The notes beneath the pieces are model-generated. The model was given only the letters and a program-made list of their open reading frames with translations, searched no databases and was not told where the DNA came from. Positions 46,151-56,563 of a DNA stretch of 64,000 nucleotides are shown in pieces. The position numbers and the translations under genes were made by a program. Each line of letters opens with the position of its first letter. Position 1 is the stretch's first letter. This DNA comes from Ignavibacteriota bacterium (GTDB taxonomy: Bacteria; Bacteroidota; Ignavibacteria; UBA10030): assembly GCA_963701295.1 (NCBI GenBank), contig OY969585.1, positions 960,827 through 1,024,826 of the forward strand, in the 5' to 3' direction.

Positions 46151-46840
46151 ATGAAAAAGCTTATTGTGGTTGCTCTTGTGCTCTTGTTGTTTGGCGACAC
46201 GGTTATAGCGCAGAAAAAAGTAACACCCAAGACGAAAAAAGAAAAAATCAGTTATAGTATCGGTGTGAATATTGGAAAAAATATGAAAACGCAGGGGTTG
46301 GACCTCGATCAGGGACTACTCACGCAAGGAATCAAGGATGGACTCAATAGCTCAAAAACAGCAATGAGTGATAAAGATATGGAAGCAACAATGACTGCTT
46401 TTCAACAGGAAATGATGGGCAAGATGCAGGCGAAGCAAAAAGTTGACCGCGAAAAGAATATAAAAGAAGGTGAGGCATTCCTTGCCGCAAACAAAAAGAA
46501 AGAAGGCGTTATAACATTACCCAGTGGACTGCAATACAAAATTTTAAAATCAGGCGATGGACCCAAACCGACAAAAGATCAAACAGTGAAGTGTAATTAT
46601 CGTGGGACGCTCATTGATGGAACCGAATTTGACAGCTCATATAAACGAGGTGAACCGACAGAATTTCCTGTGGGACAAGTGATCAAAGGATGGACTGAAG
46701 CTCTGCAGCTTATGCCTGTGGGTTCGAAATGGCAGCTCGTTATTCCATCCGATCTTGCCTATGGCCCGAATGGTGCCGGACAAATGATCGGCCCGAACGC
46801 CACATTAATTTTCGACATCGAGTTGATATCCATAAAATAA
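46151..46840 (+). CDS. FKBP-type peptidyl-prolyl cis-trans isomerase (FkpA-like)
   Basis: FPVGQVIKGWTEAL...LAYGPNG...LIFDIELI. Confidence 0.85.
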   Translation: MKKLIVVALVLLLFGDTVIAQKKVTPKTKKEKISYSIGVNIGKNMKTQGLDLDQGLLTQGIKDGLNSSKTAMSDKDMEATMTAFQQEMMGKMQAKQKVDREKNIKEGEAFLAANKKKEGVITLPSGLQYKILKSGDGPKPTKDQTVKCNYRGTLIDGTEFDSSYKRGEPTEFPVGQVIKGWTEALQLMPVGSKWQLVIPSDLAYGPNGAGQMIGPNATLIFDIELISIK

Positions 46841-46880
46841 CGACTACCTCTCTGCGACGTACTTTTAAAGTGCGTCGCAG

Positions 46881-47564
46881 GTGAGTATCTCAATAATGGA
46901 ATTCCTACAACAACTCATAGATTTCATTCTTCACATCGACAGGCACTTGATTGATCTTTGTGGAATGTATGGAATGTGGATTTATGCGATTCTGTTTCTC
47001 ATCGTCTTCTGCGAAACCGGTTTAGTGGTAACACCTTTTTTACCGGGCGACTCACTTTTATTTGCCATCGGGTCATTGGCAGCCATAGGTGCAATGCATA
47101 TTGCATACGCCATTCCATTGCTGATTTCCGCAGTTCTCGCTGGCGATAATACGAACTATTGGATTGGGAGGAAAATTGGACCGAAAGTTTTCAGCAAAGA
47201 AAAATCTCGGTTCTTTAATAAAGAATATCTTGATCGCACAAACCGGTTTTATGATAAACATGGACGGATCACTGTGATTCTGGCGCGATTCCTCCCCATC
47301 ATACGTACGTTTGCGCCCTTCGTTGCAGGTATCGGACGCATGACGTATCGGACATTTTTATTATTCAGCGTCTTCGGTGCATTATTATGGGTCAATTCGT
47401 TTATTCTGATCGGCTATTTTTTTGGCAATATGCAGCTCGTCAAACAAAACTTTTCAATTGTTATCATCGCACTTGTTCTTATTCCAGGTATCCCAGCATT
47501 AGTGGAATTTGTACGCCACTATTTTGAACGACGGAATAAAAACAAAAATCCCCAAACCGAATAA
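46881..47564 (+). CDS. DedA family membrane protein
   Basis: VTPFLPGDSLLFAIG motif. Confidence 0.85.
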   Translation: MSISIMEFLQQLIDFILHIDRHLIDLCGMYGMWIYAILFLIVFCETGLVVTPFLPGDSLLFAIGSLAAIGAMHIAYAIPLLISAVLAGDNTNYWIGRKIGPKVFSKEKSRFFNKEYLDRTNRFYDKHGRITVILARFLPIIRTFAPFVAGIGRMTYRTFLLFSVFGALLWVNSFILIGYFFGNMQLVKQNFSIVIIALVLIPGIPALVEFVRHYFERRNKNKNPQTE

Positions 47565-47776
47565 TAATACTTCACCAACAGAATTTTATTCCCTGCAATG
47601 ATCATCACCCTGAATATAAATTACATGCCGATAAAAAACCTCTGCGCTATGCCTAACGTCTGATTCAATACATTTATCGATGGAAACCAAGCTGAACAAA
47701 AAAAGCGCGGACACTGTTTTACAAAATCATTTTACTTTACGTCTAATTTAAAAAATACTTCTACTCAGGATTTACT

Positions 47777-48238
47777 ATGAATCTAATCGTCCGTCTTGCT
47801 GCACCTTCAGATGTTTCCATCATTGCAGAGTTTAACACAGCAATGGCGAAAGAGACAGAAGGAATTGAACTGAATCGCGAACGACTCCGTAGAGGAGTAG
47901 AAGCATTGTTCGCTGATCCGACAAGAGGCCAATACTATATTGCTGAAATCAATGGAAGAGCTGCTGGCCAGTTGATGATCACGTATGAGTGGAGCGATTG
48001 GCGTAACGCTACATTTTGGTGGATTCAAAGTGTGTACGTTCATCCAGAATATCGCAGGCATGGTGTTTTCCGTGCCCTCTTTCGATATATAGAGACGATT
48101 GTCAGAATACACGGGGATGTGTGCGGTGTGCGTCTCTGCGTTGAAAACGAAAACGATCGTGCCCAAAAAACATATAAAGCGCTTGGAATGAAGCGTTCGC
48201 ATTATGCAATGATGGAAATGGATCTTGAATTGAAATAA
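47777..48238 (+). CDS. GNAT family N-acetyltransferase
   Basis: 153 aa. RRHGVFRALF acetyl-CoA binding motif. Confidence 0.75.
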   Translation: MNLIVRLAAPSDVSIIAEFNTAMAKETEGIELNRERLRRGVEALFADPTRGQYYIAEINGRAAGQLMITYEWSDWRNATFWWIQSVYVHPEYRRHGVFRALFRYIETIVRIHGDVCGVRLCVENENDRAQKTYKALGMKRSHYAMMEMDLELK

Positions 48239-48411
48239 AAACAAAATGCGCTTATTAGTAAATCAGATAGTTTCAAATTATTTACAATTCCTCCAATCCT
48301 CGATATTCCTTTCTTTTCGCTAAAGTCGATATAAGCGGAACCTTATGTATTGGAAGCAGTGTTAGACGAGAAAAGGAATGATTTGAAAAAATACCGATGA
48401 AGGAGCGAAAT

Positions 48412-49062
48412 ATGAAAATTGCAGTTCTTGGGACTGGTATGGTTGGCGATGTGATAGGGACGAAACTTATTCAATGTGGACATGAAGTTAAGATGGGATC
48501 ACGTACATCAACGAATGTAAAAGCCGCTGCTTGGGTAAAGAAGAATGGAGCCCGCGCTTCTCAAGGGACGTTTGCCGATGCCGCTTCATTCGGTGAAATT
48601 GTATTCAACTGCACACATGGCAGAGCTTCTCAAGAAGCACTAAACCTTGCAGGTGCACATAATCTGAAAAACAAAATTCTGATTGATATTGCAAACGCAT
48701 TGGATTCTTCGAAAGGGATGCCGCCTTCACTTGTTGTGTGCAACACAGATTCACTCGGAGAACAAATACAGCGTGCTTTTCCCGACACGAAAGTCATTAA
48801 AACACTGAATACGATGAATTGTAATCTCATGGTAAATCCCGATCTTGTCGCCAACGGTGATCATGATATCTTTATATGCGGAAACGATGTGGAAGCAAAG
48901 GCGAATGTGGTAAAGATATTACGAGATTGGTTTGGCTGGAAATCTATCGTTGATTTGGGTGATATTACAAACGCACGCGCGACAGAAATGCTGCTGCCGA
49001 TTTGGATGCGACTCTACGGGAAATTCCAAAGTCCTAACTTCAATTTCAAGATCGTTCGTTGA
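48412..49062 (+). CDS. NADP-dependent oxidoreductase (F420-dependent NADP reductase-like, PF03807 family)
   Basis: MKIAVLGTGMVG Rossmann motif. AAGGAG Shine-Dalgarno at 48400-48405 supports the second ATG (48412) rather than the 48397 start. Confidence 0.6.
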   Translation: MKIAVLGTGMVGDVIGTKLIQCGHEVKMGSRTSTNVKAAAWVKKNGARASQGTFADAASFGEIVFNCTHGRASQEALNLAGAHNLKNKILIDIANALDSSKGMPPSLVVCNTDSLGEQIQRAFPDTKVIKTLNTMNCNLMVNPDLVANGDHDIFICGNDVEAKANVVKILRDWFGWKSIVDLGDITNARATEMLLPIWMRLYGKFQSPNFNFKIVR

Positions 49063-49086
49063 AGGGGTTGTGTGTGCCTTTAATGG

Positions 49087-50028
49087 CTAACTCACGCCAC
49101 TCTCTACGATTTCAATCTTTCCGCGTTTAGTGTCAATTCTTGCTTTCAATCCCAAAGGCACTGTAAGTTTGCGGGGAATGTGGCCATATTGAAAATTCAT
49201 TACAACAGGACATTTAATCTTCTGCGCGAATTCTTCTTGAACTTGATCAATTGTTAAATGCGGATCGTCCGGACTACTGGGGACACAGTCGGTAAATTTC
49301 CCAAAAAGTAATGCTTCAAGCTTGTATAAAATTCCTGCATTGAGAAGCTGTGCCAATATTCGATCGACTCGATACGGCGATTCCTCAACATCCTCCAAAA
49401 CGAGTATCGCATCTTCCATTGGCGGCTGAAATGGGGTGCCCATCAGGCAGGCGAGGAGTGAAAGATTTCCACCCACTAATCGCCCGCTTGCTTTGCCGTG
49501 CCGGAGAATTGTTAATGGTTCATCAGCTGGATTTTTTAACAGCCCGATTTTTTTATTTGATGTAAGAATACGCCAGAAATATTCTTCGGTGTAAAGATCG
49601 AAATCTCTCCACATATCCGAACCCGTCATAGGACCAGAGAAGGTTACTAATCCAATCTTGCGGAAGATGGCAAGCTGCAATGCCGTCAAATCGCTGTACC
49701 CAACGATGATTTTAGGATGTGCTTTCAATGAACGATAATCGATCATCTGTAGCAAACGTGGAGTGCCATATCCGCCGCGAATTGCAAAAATCGCTTTCAC
49801 GTTTTTATCGCGCACCATCTCATTAAAGTCTGCGGACCTCTCATCGTCGCTCCCGGCGAGATATCCATAAACAGTGCGTATATGTTTGCCGCACTTGACA
49901 CGATATCCCAGCTGCTCGAGATAGAGTGCACCTTTGAGAATCTTCTCCTCAGTGGAAGGAGTGCTTGCAGGTGCAATGAGTCCTATCAAATCGCCTTTCC
50001 GAAGGCGAGGTGGTTTTATGATATTCAT
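49087..50028 (-). CDS. LD-carboxypeptidase (S66 family)
   Basis: LRKGDLIGLIAPAS N-terminus. GYSDLTAL. Confidence 0.8.
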   Translation of the reverse strand: MNIIKPPRLRKGDLIGLIAPASTPSTEEKILKGALYLEQLGYRVKCGKHIRTVYGYLAGSDDERSADFNEMVRDKNVKAIFAIRGGYGTPRLLQMIDYRSLKAHPKIIVGYSDLTALQLAIFRKIGLVTFSGPMTGSDMWRDFDLYTEEYFWRILTSNKKIGLLKNPADEPLTILRHGKASGRLVGGNLSLLACLMGTPFQPPMEDAILVLEDVEESPYRVDRILAQLLNAGILYKLEALLFGKFTDCVPSSPDDPHLTIDQVQEEFAQKIKCPVVMNFQYGHIPRKLTVPLGLKARIDTKRGKIEIVESGVS

Positions 50029-50085
50029 ATCGTACCTGCTCTGTAGGGAATATCACAAGAAAAAAGAAGATCGCATCCGCACGTT

Positions 50086-50877
50086 TTAACTTCCTCTCTT
50101 TTGTTGAACAGATTTCATCAACTTTCCAGGAAGTATTCGTGGTAAAAATCGGACAAGTTGTGTGCCCAGCCAATTTTTCCATCCGGAAATAACAAGCTGC
50201 TTTTCTTTCATCAATCCTTTGTAACCATCCAGCGCGACATCGGAAGCATCCATTGAAAATGCTCCGTTGAAGATTATTTCGTTAGTAAAACCGGCTCTTT
50301 TTCCAAATCCTGTTATAGTGGGCCCGGGACAAAACGCCGTAACAGTAACACCAGTTCCGTGAAGTTCTTCAGAGAGCGCCAAAGAAAAATTCAGCACATA
50401 CGCTTTGGAAGCGTAGTAGGTTGCCATCAACGGGCCGGGTTGAAATGCTGCAGTGGATGCAATGTTCAATATTTTTCCGCGTTTTCGATCGATCATTCCC
50501 GGCAGAAAAAGCCGAGTGAGATGCGTAAGGGATGTAATGTTAACCTGAATCATTTCCAATGCATCGGCAGCATTCATTTTCGCGAATTCACCGCGCCACC
50601 CAAATCCGGCATTGTTAACAAGGACATCGATGTTCCCTCCTTCACTTTGAAGTGCTTCAAAAATTTCTTCCGGTGTGGAAGAAACAGACAAATCTTTAGT
50701 ATAGCATTTCACCTGCACACCGTATGTTTGCTGTAAATTTTCAGCGATATGTTTGAGTGTGTCATGGCTGCGCGCTACAAGGGCAAGATCGTGACTTTCC
50801 CGTGCAAAAAGCTTTGCAAGTTCTAATCCAATGCCGCTTGAGGCGCCTGTAATAAGTGCAATGGGATTTGTGTTCAT
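50086..50877 (-). CDS. SDR family oxidoreductase
   Basis: ITGASSGIG and YASKAY. Confidence 0.85.
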   Translation of the reverse strand: MNTNPIALITGASSGIGLELAKLFARESHDLALVARSHDTLKHIAENLQQTYGVQVKCYTKDLSVSSTPEEIFEALQSEGGNIDVLVNNAGFGWRGEFAKMNAADALEMIQVNITSLTHLTRLFLPGMIDRKRGKILNIASTAAFQPGPLMATYYASKAYVLNFSLALSEELHGTGVTVTAFCPGPTITGFGKRAGFTNEIIFNGAFSMDASDVALDGYKGLMKEKQLVISGWKNWLGTQLVRFLPRILPGKLMKSVQQKRGS

Positions 50878-50917
50878 TTCTTCTCAGTTCCTGTTTTAAA
50901 ATTTGTATCTAAAATTT

Positions 50918-52348
50918 TTATCTTGCATACATTGCAATCATCTTTTCAATTGCTGCTGCACACACGGGATCAAAATCGACCGGATTCAACGCGAACATCT
51001 TGCAATCGATAGCAGGACGATACATCTCCTTTGTTGTGTATCCGGAACCTTCAAATGCTCCGACCTTGCCGATCCACTTTGGATCTTTCAGTATTTCTTT
51101 TGAACTTTTTAGCAGATTCTCGCGTTTGTCAGAGTAATCAGCTGCAAGTCTATCTAAATTGCCGCGGAGTGTTTCAATGCTGTCGTACTCTGTTTTACGC
51201 CATGGCGTTGGAATCGGTGTATCGCTGGAAACAAAGGTACGCCATTTTAGCGTCTCTTTTGTGTTCGTTCGTGTCACATTCGGCTCCCACGGCTCAACGC
51301 CTTTTGGATAAAAATCCACGTACGAAATTTGAGAACTGTAATATTCATCTCCTAAACCGCCAAAGCAATGTCCAAACTCATGTACATACACATAATCCAT
51401 TTCCCATTCCTGTCCAGCTTTCACCGGTTGTGTGAATGCTGTTGTGTACAGGTTGAAAATTCCACCGCCGCCGTAGCGGTTGTCGTTTACAAGAATGGTG
51501 ATGAAATCATAGGGTGCAGTGCCTGCGATATCGTGCAGTACTCGGTTGTCTTCCGTTAAAACATAGCGTGCCAAACCAAATGTATTATACATAGTACCAA
51601 GTGCCGTATTCTTCCATACGTTTTTGTCCGGCATATCAATTCCAGATTCTTCCGAAATCACTTCCATCGCACGTACATTGAAATCGTTTTTGTGCCTTTT
51701 GAAGGGCTGGTAGGAAAAGAGTGTTTCGGAAAAATGCTTTGCATCCTTCCGGAATTTGTCTATATCACCCTTTGCATAGCCATCGCCCAGAATAAGAATA
51801 TCCACTTTCTTATCCGGCGAACCGTTGATCATCACATCAAATACAGGAAAGGTGTTCAGATGTTTCTTATGATTTACAGCCGTAGGATTATTCGGATCGA
51901 TTACCGTTGAGAATACTTCTCGGAACGCCATCATTTCACCCGCGGCAACGAACTTATCACGGCGATAGAAATTCACAACAACCTTTCTCTTCGGGAACGG
52001 AAAACGCACAGTCTCTTGACACGTTTTCCATACGCCATTCATCGCTTCATCCGTGGTTTGCCATTCGCTAAATAATGTTGAATATCCACGCGAATACAAG
52101 AGTGTGTTTGTTTGCAGATCGCTCACCTTTACAAAGCTATCGCCAAGATTGAGCGTGTCCAGCAAATTGACCTTGCTGCCGGGCCAAGGTCCTTCTTCAT
52201 ATACTTTGTCAAGGTTCATTTGTTCCTGACCTTTTGTGCCGATGTGATAATAATCGACCCGCATTGTCGCGCCAGTAAAATTGTTCTCGTATATCTGCGC
52301 CATTGTGACGCTGGTAAACAGAAAAAGAAGAAGAGCAATGTTTTTCAT
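50918..52348 (-). CDS. M64-like zinc metallopeptidase
   Basis: Signal peptide. HEFGHCFGGLGDEY (HExxH...DEY). Confidence 0.55.
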   Translation of the reverse strand: MKNIALLLFLFTSVTMAQIYENNFTGATMRVDYYHIGTKGQEQMNLDKVYEEGPWPGSKVNLLDTLNLGDSFVKVSDLQTNTLLYSRGYSTLFSEWQTTDEAMNGVWKTCQETVRFPFPKRKVVVNFYRRDKFVAAGEMMAFREVFSTVIDPNNPTAVNHKKHLNTFPVFDVMINGSPDKKVDILILGDGYAKGDIDKFRKDAKHFSETLFSYQPFKRHKNDFNVRAMEVISEESGIDMPDKNVWKNTALGTMYNTFGLARYVLTEDNRVLHDIAGTAPYDFITILVNDNRYGGGGIFNLYTTAFTQPVKAGQEWEMDYVYVHEFGHCFGGLGDEYYSSQISYVDFYPKGVEPWEPNVTRTNTKETLKWRTFVSSDTPIPTPWRKTEYDSIETLRGNLDRLAADYSDKRENLLKSSKEILKDPKWIGKVGAFEGSGYTTKEMYRPAIDCKMFALNPVDFDPVCAAAIEKMIAMYAR

Positions 52349-52387
52349 AGTAATTCTCTTAATGAAAATATCTTATGTTTTATACTT

Positions 52388-53644
52388 TTATCCCAACCCT
52401 ACTCCAGTAAAGAGGAGGAATGCACTGAGCACAATCAAGATGGCGGTTGTTGCCCAGCCAATTACATTCTGCAAACGGTTATTGGTATAATCCTCCATAA
52501 TCTCTTTGTTATTAATAATAATCATCATGCAAATGAGGACGATGGGTAGCAAAATTGCATTGACTACTTGTGTCCAGATAGTTATAGCAATCAGCGGTGC
52601 ACCGGGAATGAGAATGATACCTGCACCGATCAGAATAATTATAGTGAAGAGGAAATAGAATTGCGGCGCTTCGCTGAATTTTTTATTGATGCCTGCTTCA
52701 AATCCAAATGCTTCACAGACATAGTATGCCGTCGCTAACGGAAGAATTGCCGCAGAAAAAATAGATGCTACAAATAATCCGAACGCAAACAGTTGACCCG
52801 CCAGCGCACCGGCTAACGGCTGCAATGCCATCGCAGCATCGGCAGCTTCATTGATCTTAATACCGTTCACATTCAGTGTTGCGGCACATGCAACAATAAT
52901 AAAAAATGCAACAACGATAGTCGCAATGCATCCAAGAATTACATCCCACAGCGTGTACTTGTAGTCACTCACCTTCAATTTTTTTTCAATAACTGCCGAC
53001 TGCATATAGAATTGCATCCACGGTGCTACGGTGGTACCGATGATACCGAGAACGGTTGTCATGTACTCGGTATCGAAATGAACGGTTGGAGTAATAATTG
53101 CTGAACCGATGACTTTCCAATCCGGACCGGCAAGAACAGCAGATACAACATAGGAAAGCAGGAATACGCTGAAGAGCAAAAAAACCCTCTCGGCAAACTT
53201 GTAATTTCCTTTCAATACCAGCACCCAGACCGCCAAAGCGGCAAGGGGCACGGAAATATATTTGCTCACACCAAAAATATTCATACTGCCTGCCACGCCT
53301 GCAAACTCAGTTGCTGTGTTGCCCACATCGGCAATCAAAAGGAAGATGAACATGTAAAAGGTTATGCGAACACCAAAACTTTCGCGGATCAGATCCGCTA
53401 AGCCCTTGCCTGTGACAACGCCCATGCGGGCATTCATTTCCTGAACAGCCAAGAGTGCGATGAATGACGGAATTAATGTCCAGAGCAGCTTGTAGCCATA
53501 GAGCGCACCTGCTACGGAATATGTTGTAATCCCACCGGCGTCGTTATCAACACTGCCGGTAATAATTCCAGGACCCAAAATGCTTAAAAAGATTGCGAGT
53601 TGACGAAAAGCAGGATTATCTTTAAGTCGTCGGAAGAAGCTCAT
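52388..53644 (-). CDS. mntH: Nramp family divalent metal (Mn2+/Fe2+) transporter
   Basis: GPGIITGSVDNDAGGITTYS motif and multiple TM segments. Confidence 0.9.
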   Translation of the reverse strand: MSFFRRLKDNPAFRQLAIFLSILGPGIITGSVDNDAGGITTYSVAGALYGYKLLWTLIPSFIALLAVQEMNARMGVVTGKGLADLIRESFGVRITFYMFIFLLIADVGNTATEFAGVAGSMNIFGVSKYISVPLAALAVWVLVLKGNYKFAERVFLLFSVFLLSYVVSAVLAGPDWKVIGSAIITPTVHFDTEYMTTVLGIIGTTVAPWMQFYMQSAVIEKKLKVSDYKYTLWDVILGCIATIVVAFFIIVACAATLNVNGIKINEAADAAMALQPLAGALAGQLFAFGLFVASIFSAAILPLATAYYVCEAFGFEAGINKKFSEAPQFYFLFTIIILIGAGIILIPGAPLIAITIWTQVVNAILLPIVLICMMIIINNKEIMEDYTNNRLQNVIGWATTAILIVLSAFLLFTGVGLG

Positions 53645-54946
53645 TTATACGGTATCCTCTTCTTTGATTTCCGGGTAGAGAGATGCTACTGCATCACGAT
53701 AGGAGACTAATCCCTGGAGTGTATCATTGTCGTCTACAACAGGAATTGCTTCGAAATTATATTTGAAAAAAAGTTTTGCTACTCGCCGGATACGTGTGTC
53801 AATTTGCACCGAGACCGGCTGTTCGGTCATAACATCGGCAATTAAAATATTTTCATCACTCATCAGCAAATTACGTAAACTGATCACTCCTTTAAGCCGT
53901 CCATCATCATTAAGAATATAGGCATATCGATACACCTCAGACTTTTCACATTCTACGCGAATGCGTTCCAGCACCGTGCTTACCCTCTCGGTCGCCTTGG
54001 CAGTTATGAAGTCTGTATTCATGATACTGCCGACACTGTATGCGGAAAGTTGAGAGAGCTCTTTTAGTTCAGTCACCTTCTCAGCAGGCATCATAGCATA
54101 GACTGACTGCCGTTTTTGTGCATCACAAGCATCAAGCAGGTCAACCGCTTCATCCATTTGCATTTCGTTGATAATCGGCGCCAGTTTGAATGGTTCCATC
54201 GATTCAATGATTTGCAGACGATTCTTGAATTGCATCTCTTGAAGTGTCTGAGCTGCAGTAAAATGATCGAGCGACTCAATGAGGGCGATGCGTTCGTCAG
54301 TGCCCAGGTCTTCAAGAATATCAGCGAGATCGGCGGGATGAATTTCTGATAACTTCGATGCATCAGTCTTCAACTGTACAGATGTATACACTGATGTTGT
54401 GGTCGTTGGTTGAACATACTTCCATGAAACAAACTCATCTTTAAGATCGCGGTCGGTGACCCAGCGAAATGCGGCATTCACCAGACGCAGGAATCCGAGC
54501 CGCCTCAGAATTCCTTTGGAACCAATGTCGATATGTACTACCCACAGGTTGGTACTTTCTTTTGCTTTGTCTTCTATAAGTAATTGAAGATCATTCACTC
54601 GGACGATTTTATATCCGGATGTCGAGATGATTTGCTTATCGAGAAATGTTTTACAAATGAGGATCTCGTTTTCTGCCGCTTTTCTTTGCTGCTCATGATC
54701 CATTACGGAATCATCGATCGCGATATGTTCTTTGAACACTATCCGCTTGACATTGCTCCATGGAATATACATTGGAGGTTTATGGCGATATGTCCGTACC
54801 ATCAATCCTGTTACACGCGGATACACTTGGGATGTAGTTGCTGCCAGATCTACCAGTTTGCCGATCCGTTTGTTGTCGCTGATACGGACGACCGGTAAAT
54901 GAATGAACTCGCTAAGATATGAAAATTTAACTACTTCAAGAGCCAT
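53645..54946 (-). CDS. soluble PRC-barrel/MgtE_N/CBS-pair protein
   Basis: An MgtE N-domain-like segment DLADILEDLGTDERIALIESL. Two C-terminal CBS motifs. No TM segment. The stop abuts the mntH ATG (TAAATG). Confidence 0.65.
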   Translation of the reverse strand: MALEVVKFSYLSEFIHLPVVRISDNKRIGKLVDLAATTSQVYPRVTGLMVRTYRHKPPMYIPWSNVKRIVFKEHIAIDDSVMDHEQQRKAAENEILICKTFLDKQIISTSGYKIVRVNDLQLLIEDKAKESTNLWVVHIDIGSKGILRRLGFLRLVNAAFRWVTDRDLKDEFVSWKYVQPTTTTSVYTSVQLKTDASKLSEIHPADLADILEDLGTDERIALIESLDHFTAAQTLQEMQFKNRLQIIESMEPFKLAPIINEMQMDEAVDLLDACDAQKRQSVYAMMPAEKVTELKELSQLSAYSVGSIMNTDFITAKATERVSTVLERIRVECEKSEVYRYAYILNDDGRLKGVISLRNLLMSDENILIADVMTEQPVSVQIDTRIRRVAKLFFKYNFEAIPVVDDNDTLQGLVSYRDAVASLYPEIKEEDTV

Positions 54947-55349
54947 GTCATTATTATGATTTAAATAATCTTGCTGTTTGACTCAAAATGTTTCGTAGCA
55001 CTGCTTCATATTGCAGCTTTTTCCATTTCTAAATCACCCGGATTTATGAACACAAGAATAGGATTTTGTTCCTGTTCCGATGGAACAAAACGTCCATGGA
55101 TAATTTCAAACCGGGTTGCCAACGTTGCATCCTTCCATATACTAAGAATCTTCAAAAAACACAATTAGTCTTCGATTAAAATAAGAATTCTTTTTTAGAA
55201 ATGAACTCCATAAAACGAAAAAAATACTTTTTTTTCATTGATTCAATCTCTCGCTCGACATCAGGATCGACACTACATCATTTGAAACTCACGCCTCTTT
55301 TTCGTACTATCGAAGCGCAGACAAACACATTTGCCACACGGGATTTCAT

Positions 55350-56162
55350 GTGCCGATCATTTCATTTATTTCACTCCTGCTTGGTGGTTTTGTAGCGGGT
55401 ACCTTTGGTGCCTTGCTCGGACTGGGTGGCGGTGTACTGTTAATTCCGTTCCTTGTAATGGTCCTTGGTGTCCCGATGCATCAAGCGATTGCGACAAGCA
55501 TCATAGCGGTGATTGCCACATCGAGCGCTGGTGCTGCAATGAACCTTGAGCGCCGTACTGTCCATATAAGGCTTGGAATGTTGCTGGAAATTGCTACAGT
55601 AACAGGCGCTATTTTTGGCGGAATTACAGCTAACTATTTAAGCGCGAGTGTTTTGGCAAAACTCTTCTCTGGACTGTTGTTTTTGGTTGCACTTGTGATG
55701 ATTTGGCGGGCGCAGCAGCATACGGGTCAGGAACCGATTTATATCGACGGCACTCTTCCCGGCTCATTTTATGACGATGCCAATAGAAAAGTCGTACATT
55801 ATACTGTGAAGCAAGTACCAGTTGCAATGTTGATCTCAATTGTTGCCGGCAATGTCTCCGGCTTGCTTGGTGTGGGCGGCGGAATTTTTAAGGTACCGGC
55901 AATGCACGTCCTTTCCGGCGTTCCGATGAAGGCGGCAACGGCAACGAGCAATTTTATGATCGGCGTGACTGCGGCGGCAAGTGCATTCATTTATTTTGCA
56001 CACGGACATTTGAATCCATTTATTGCTTCGGCCGCCGCACTTGGCGTACTTGCTGGCTCAATGACGGGCGTTCGCATCAGCCGCAGAATTCATGGCAACG
56101 TGTTGACGTGGATTTTTGCTTTAGCTTTATTAGGAATTTCGATTCAATTATATCTACGATAA
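55350..56162 (+). CDS. TauE/SafE family sulfite exporter-like permease
   Basis: Repeated GLGGG motifs across two TM repeats. Confidence 0.8.
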   Translation: MPIISFISLLLGGFVAGTFGALLGLGGGVLLIPFLVMVLGVPMHQAIATSIIAVIATSSAGAAMNLERRTVHIRLGMLLEIATVTGAIFGGITANYLSASVLAKLFSGLLFLVALVMIWRAQQHTGQEPIYIDGTLPGSFYDDANRKVVHYTVKQVPVAMLISIVAGNVSGLLGVGGGIFKVPAMHVLSGVPMKAATATSNFMIGVTAAASAFIYFAHGHLNPFIASAAALGVLAGSMTGVRISRRIHGNVLTWIFALALLGISIQLYLR

Positions 56163-56166
56163 GTAC

Positions 56167-56553
56167 ATGACAGACTTCATTTCCCTATCAAACGATGTTG
56201 GGCACGATGCCGAACGTTGGACAAGCCGCGTGCTTCGAATTGGTGTATGGGTCAGTGCAAGTTTAATGGTAGCAGGATTGCTTATCGGAACAATTTATCC
56301 TTCAACAATCGTTGCATTTTTCAGCAATCCAACGCTCGGCAACTTGGTGATGCGGATGCTTTCCGGTTCATTCGATCCTGTAACGCTGATGTTTGCAGGA
56401 CTTGTCTTTCTGATGTTCACGCCAGTACTTCGTGTTCTCACAGCCGTTTTCGGTTTTGCGGTTGAAAGAGATTGGCGTTTTGTATTCGTCTCTTCTATTG
56501 TACTCTTCATGTTGGCAGGGGAAATTGTGTACTCCTTGTTCATTAAAGGATAA
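56167..56553 (+). CDS. DUF1634 membrane protein (partner of TauE)
   Basis: 128 aa with several TM segments, directly downstream of TauE as is typical. Confidence 0.55.
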   Translation: MTDFISLSNDVGHDAERWTSRVLRIGVWVSASLMVAGLLIGTIYPSTIVAFFSNPTLGNLVMRMLSGSFDPVTLMFAGLVFLMFTPVLRVLTAVFGFAVERDWRFVFVSSIVLFMLAGEIVYSLFIKG

Positions 56554-56563
56554 AAGAAGAAAG

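Noticed and set aside
56432-56563. An N-terminal extension of the GT-C glycosyltransferase ORF
   Set aside because: It would overlap the DUF1634 gene by 120 nt. The internal ATG (MHESLKR) follows the DUF1634 stop, and the TM-rich part begins after it.
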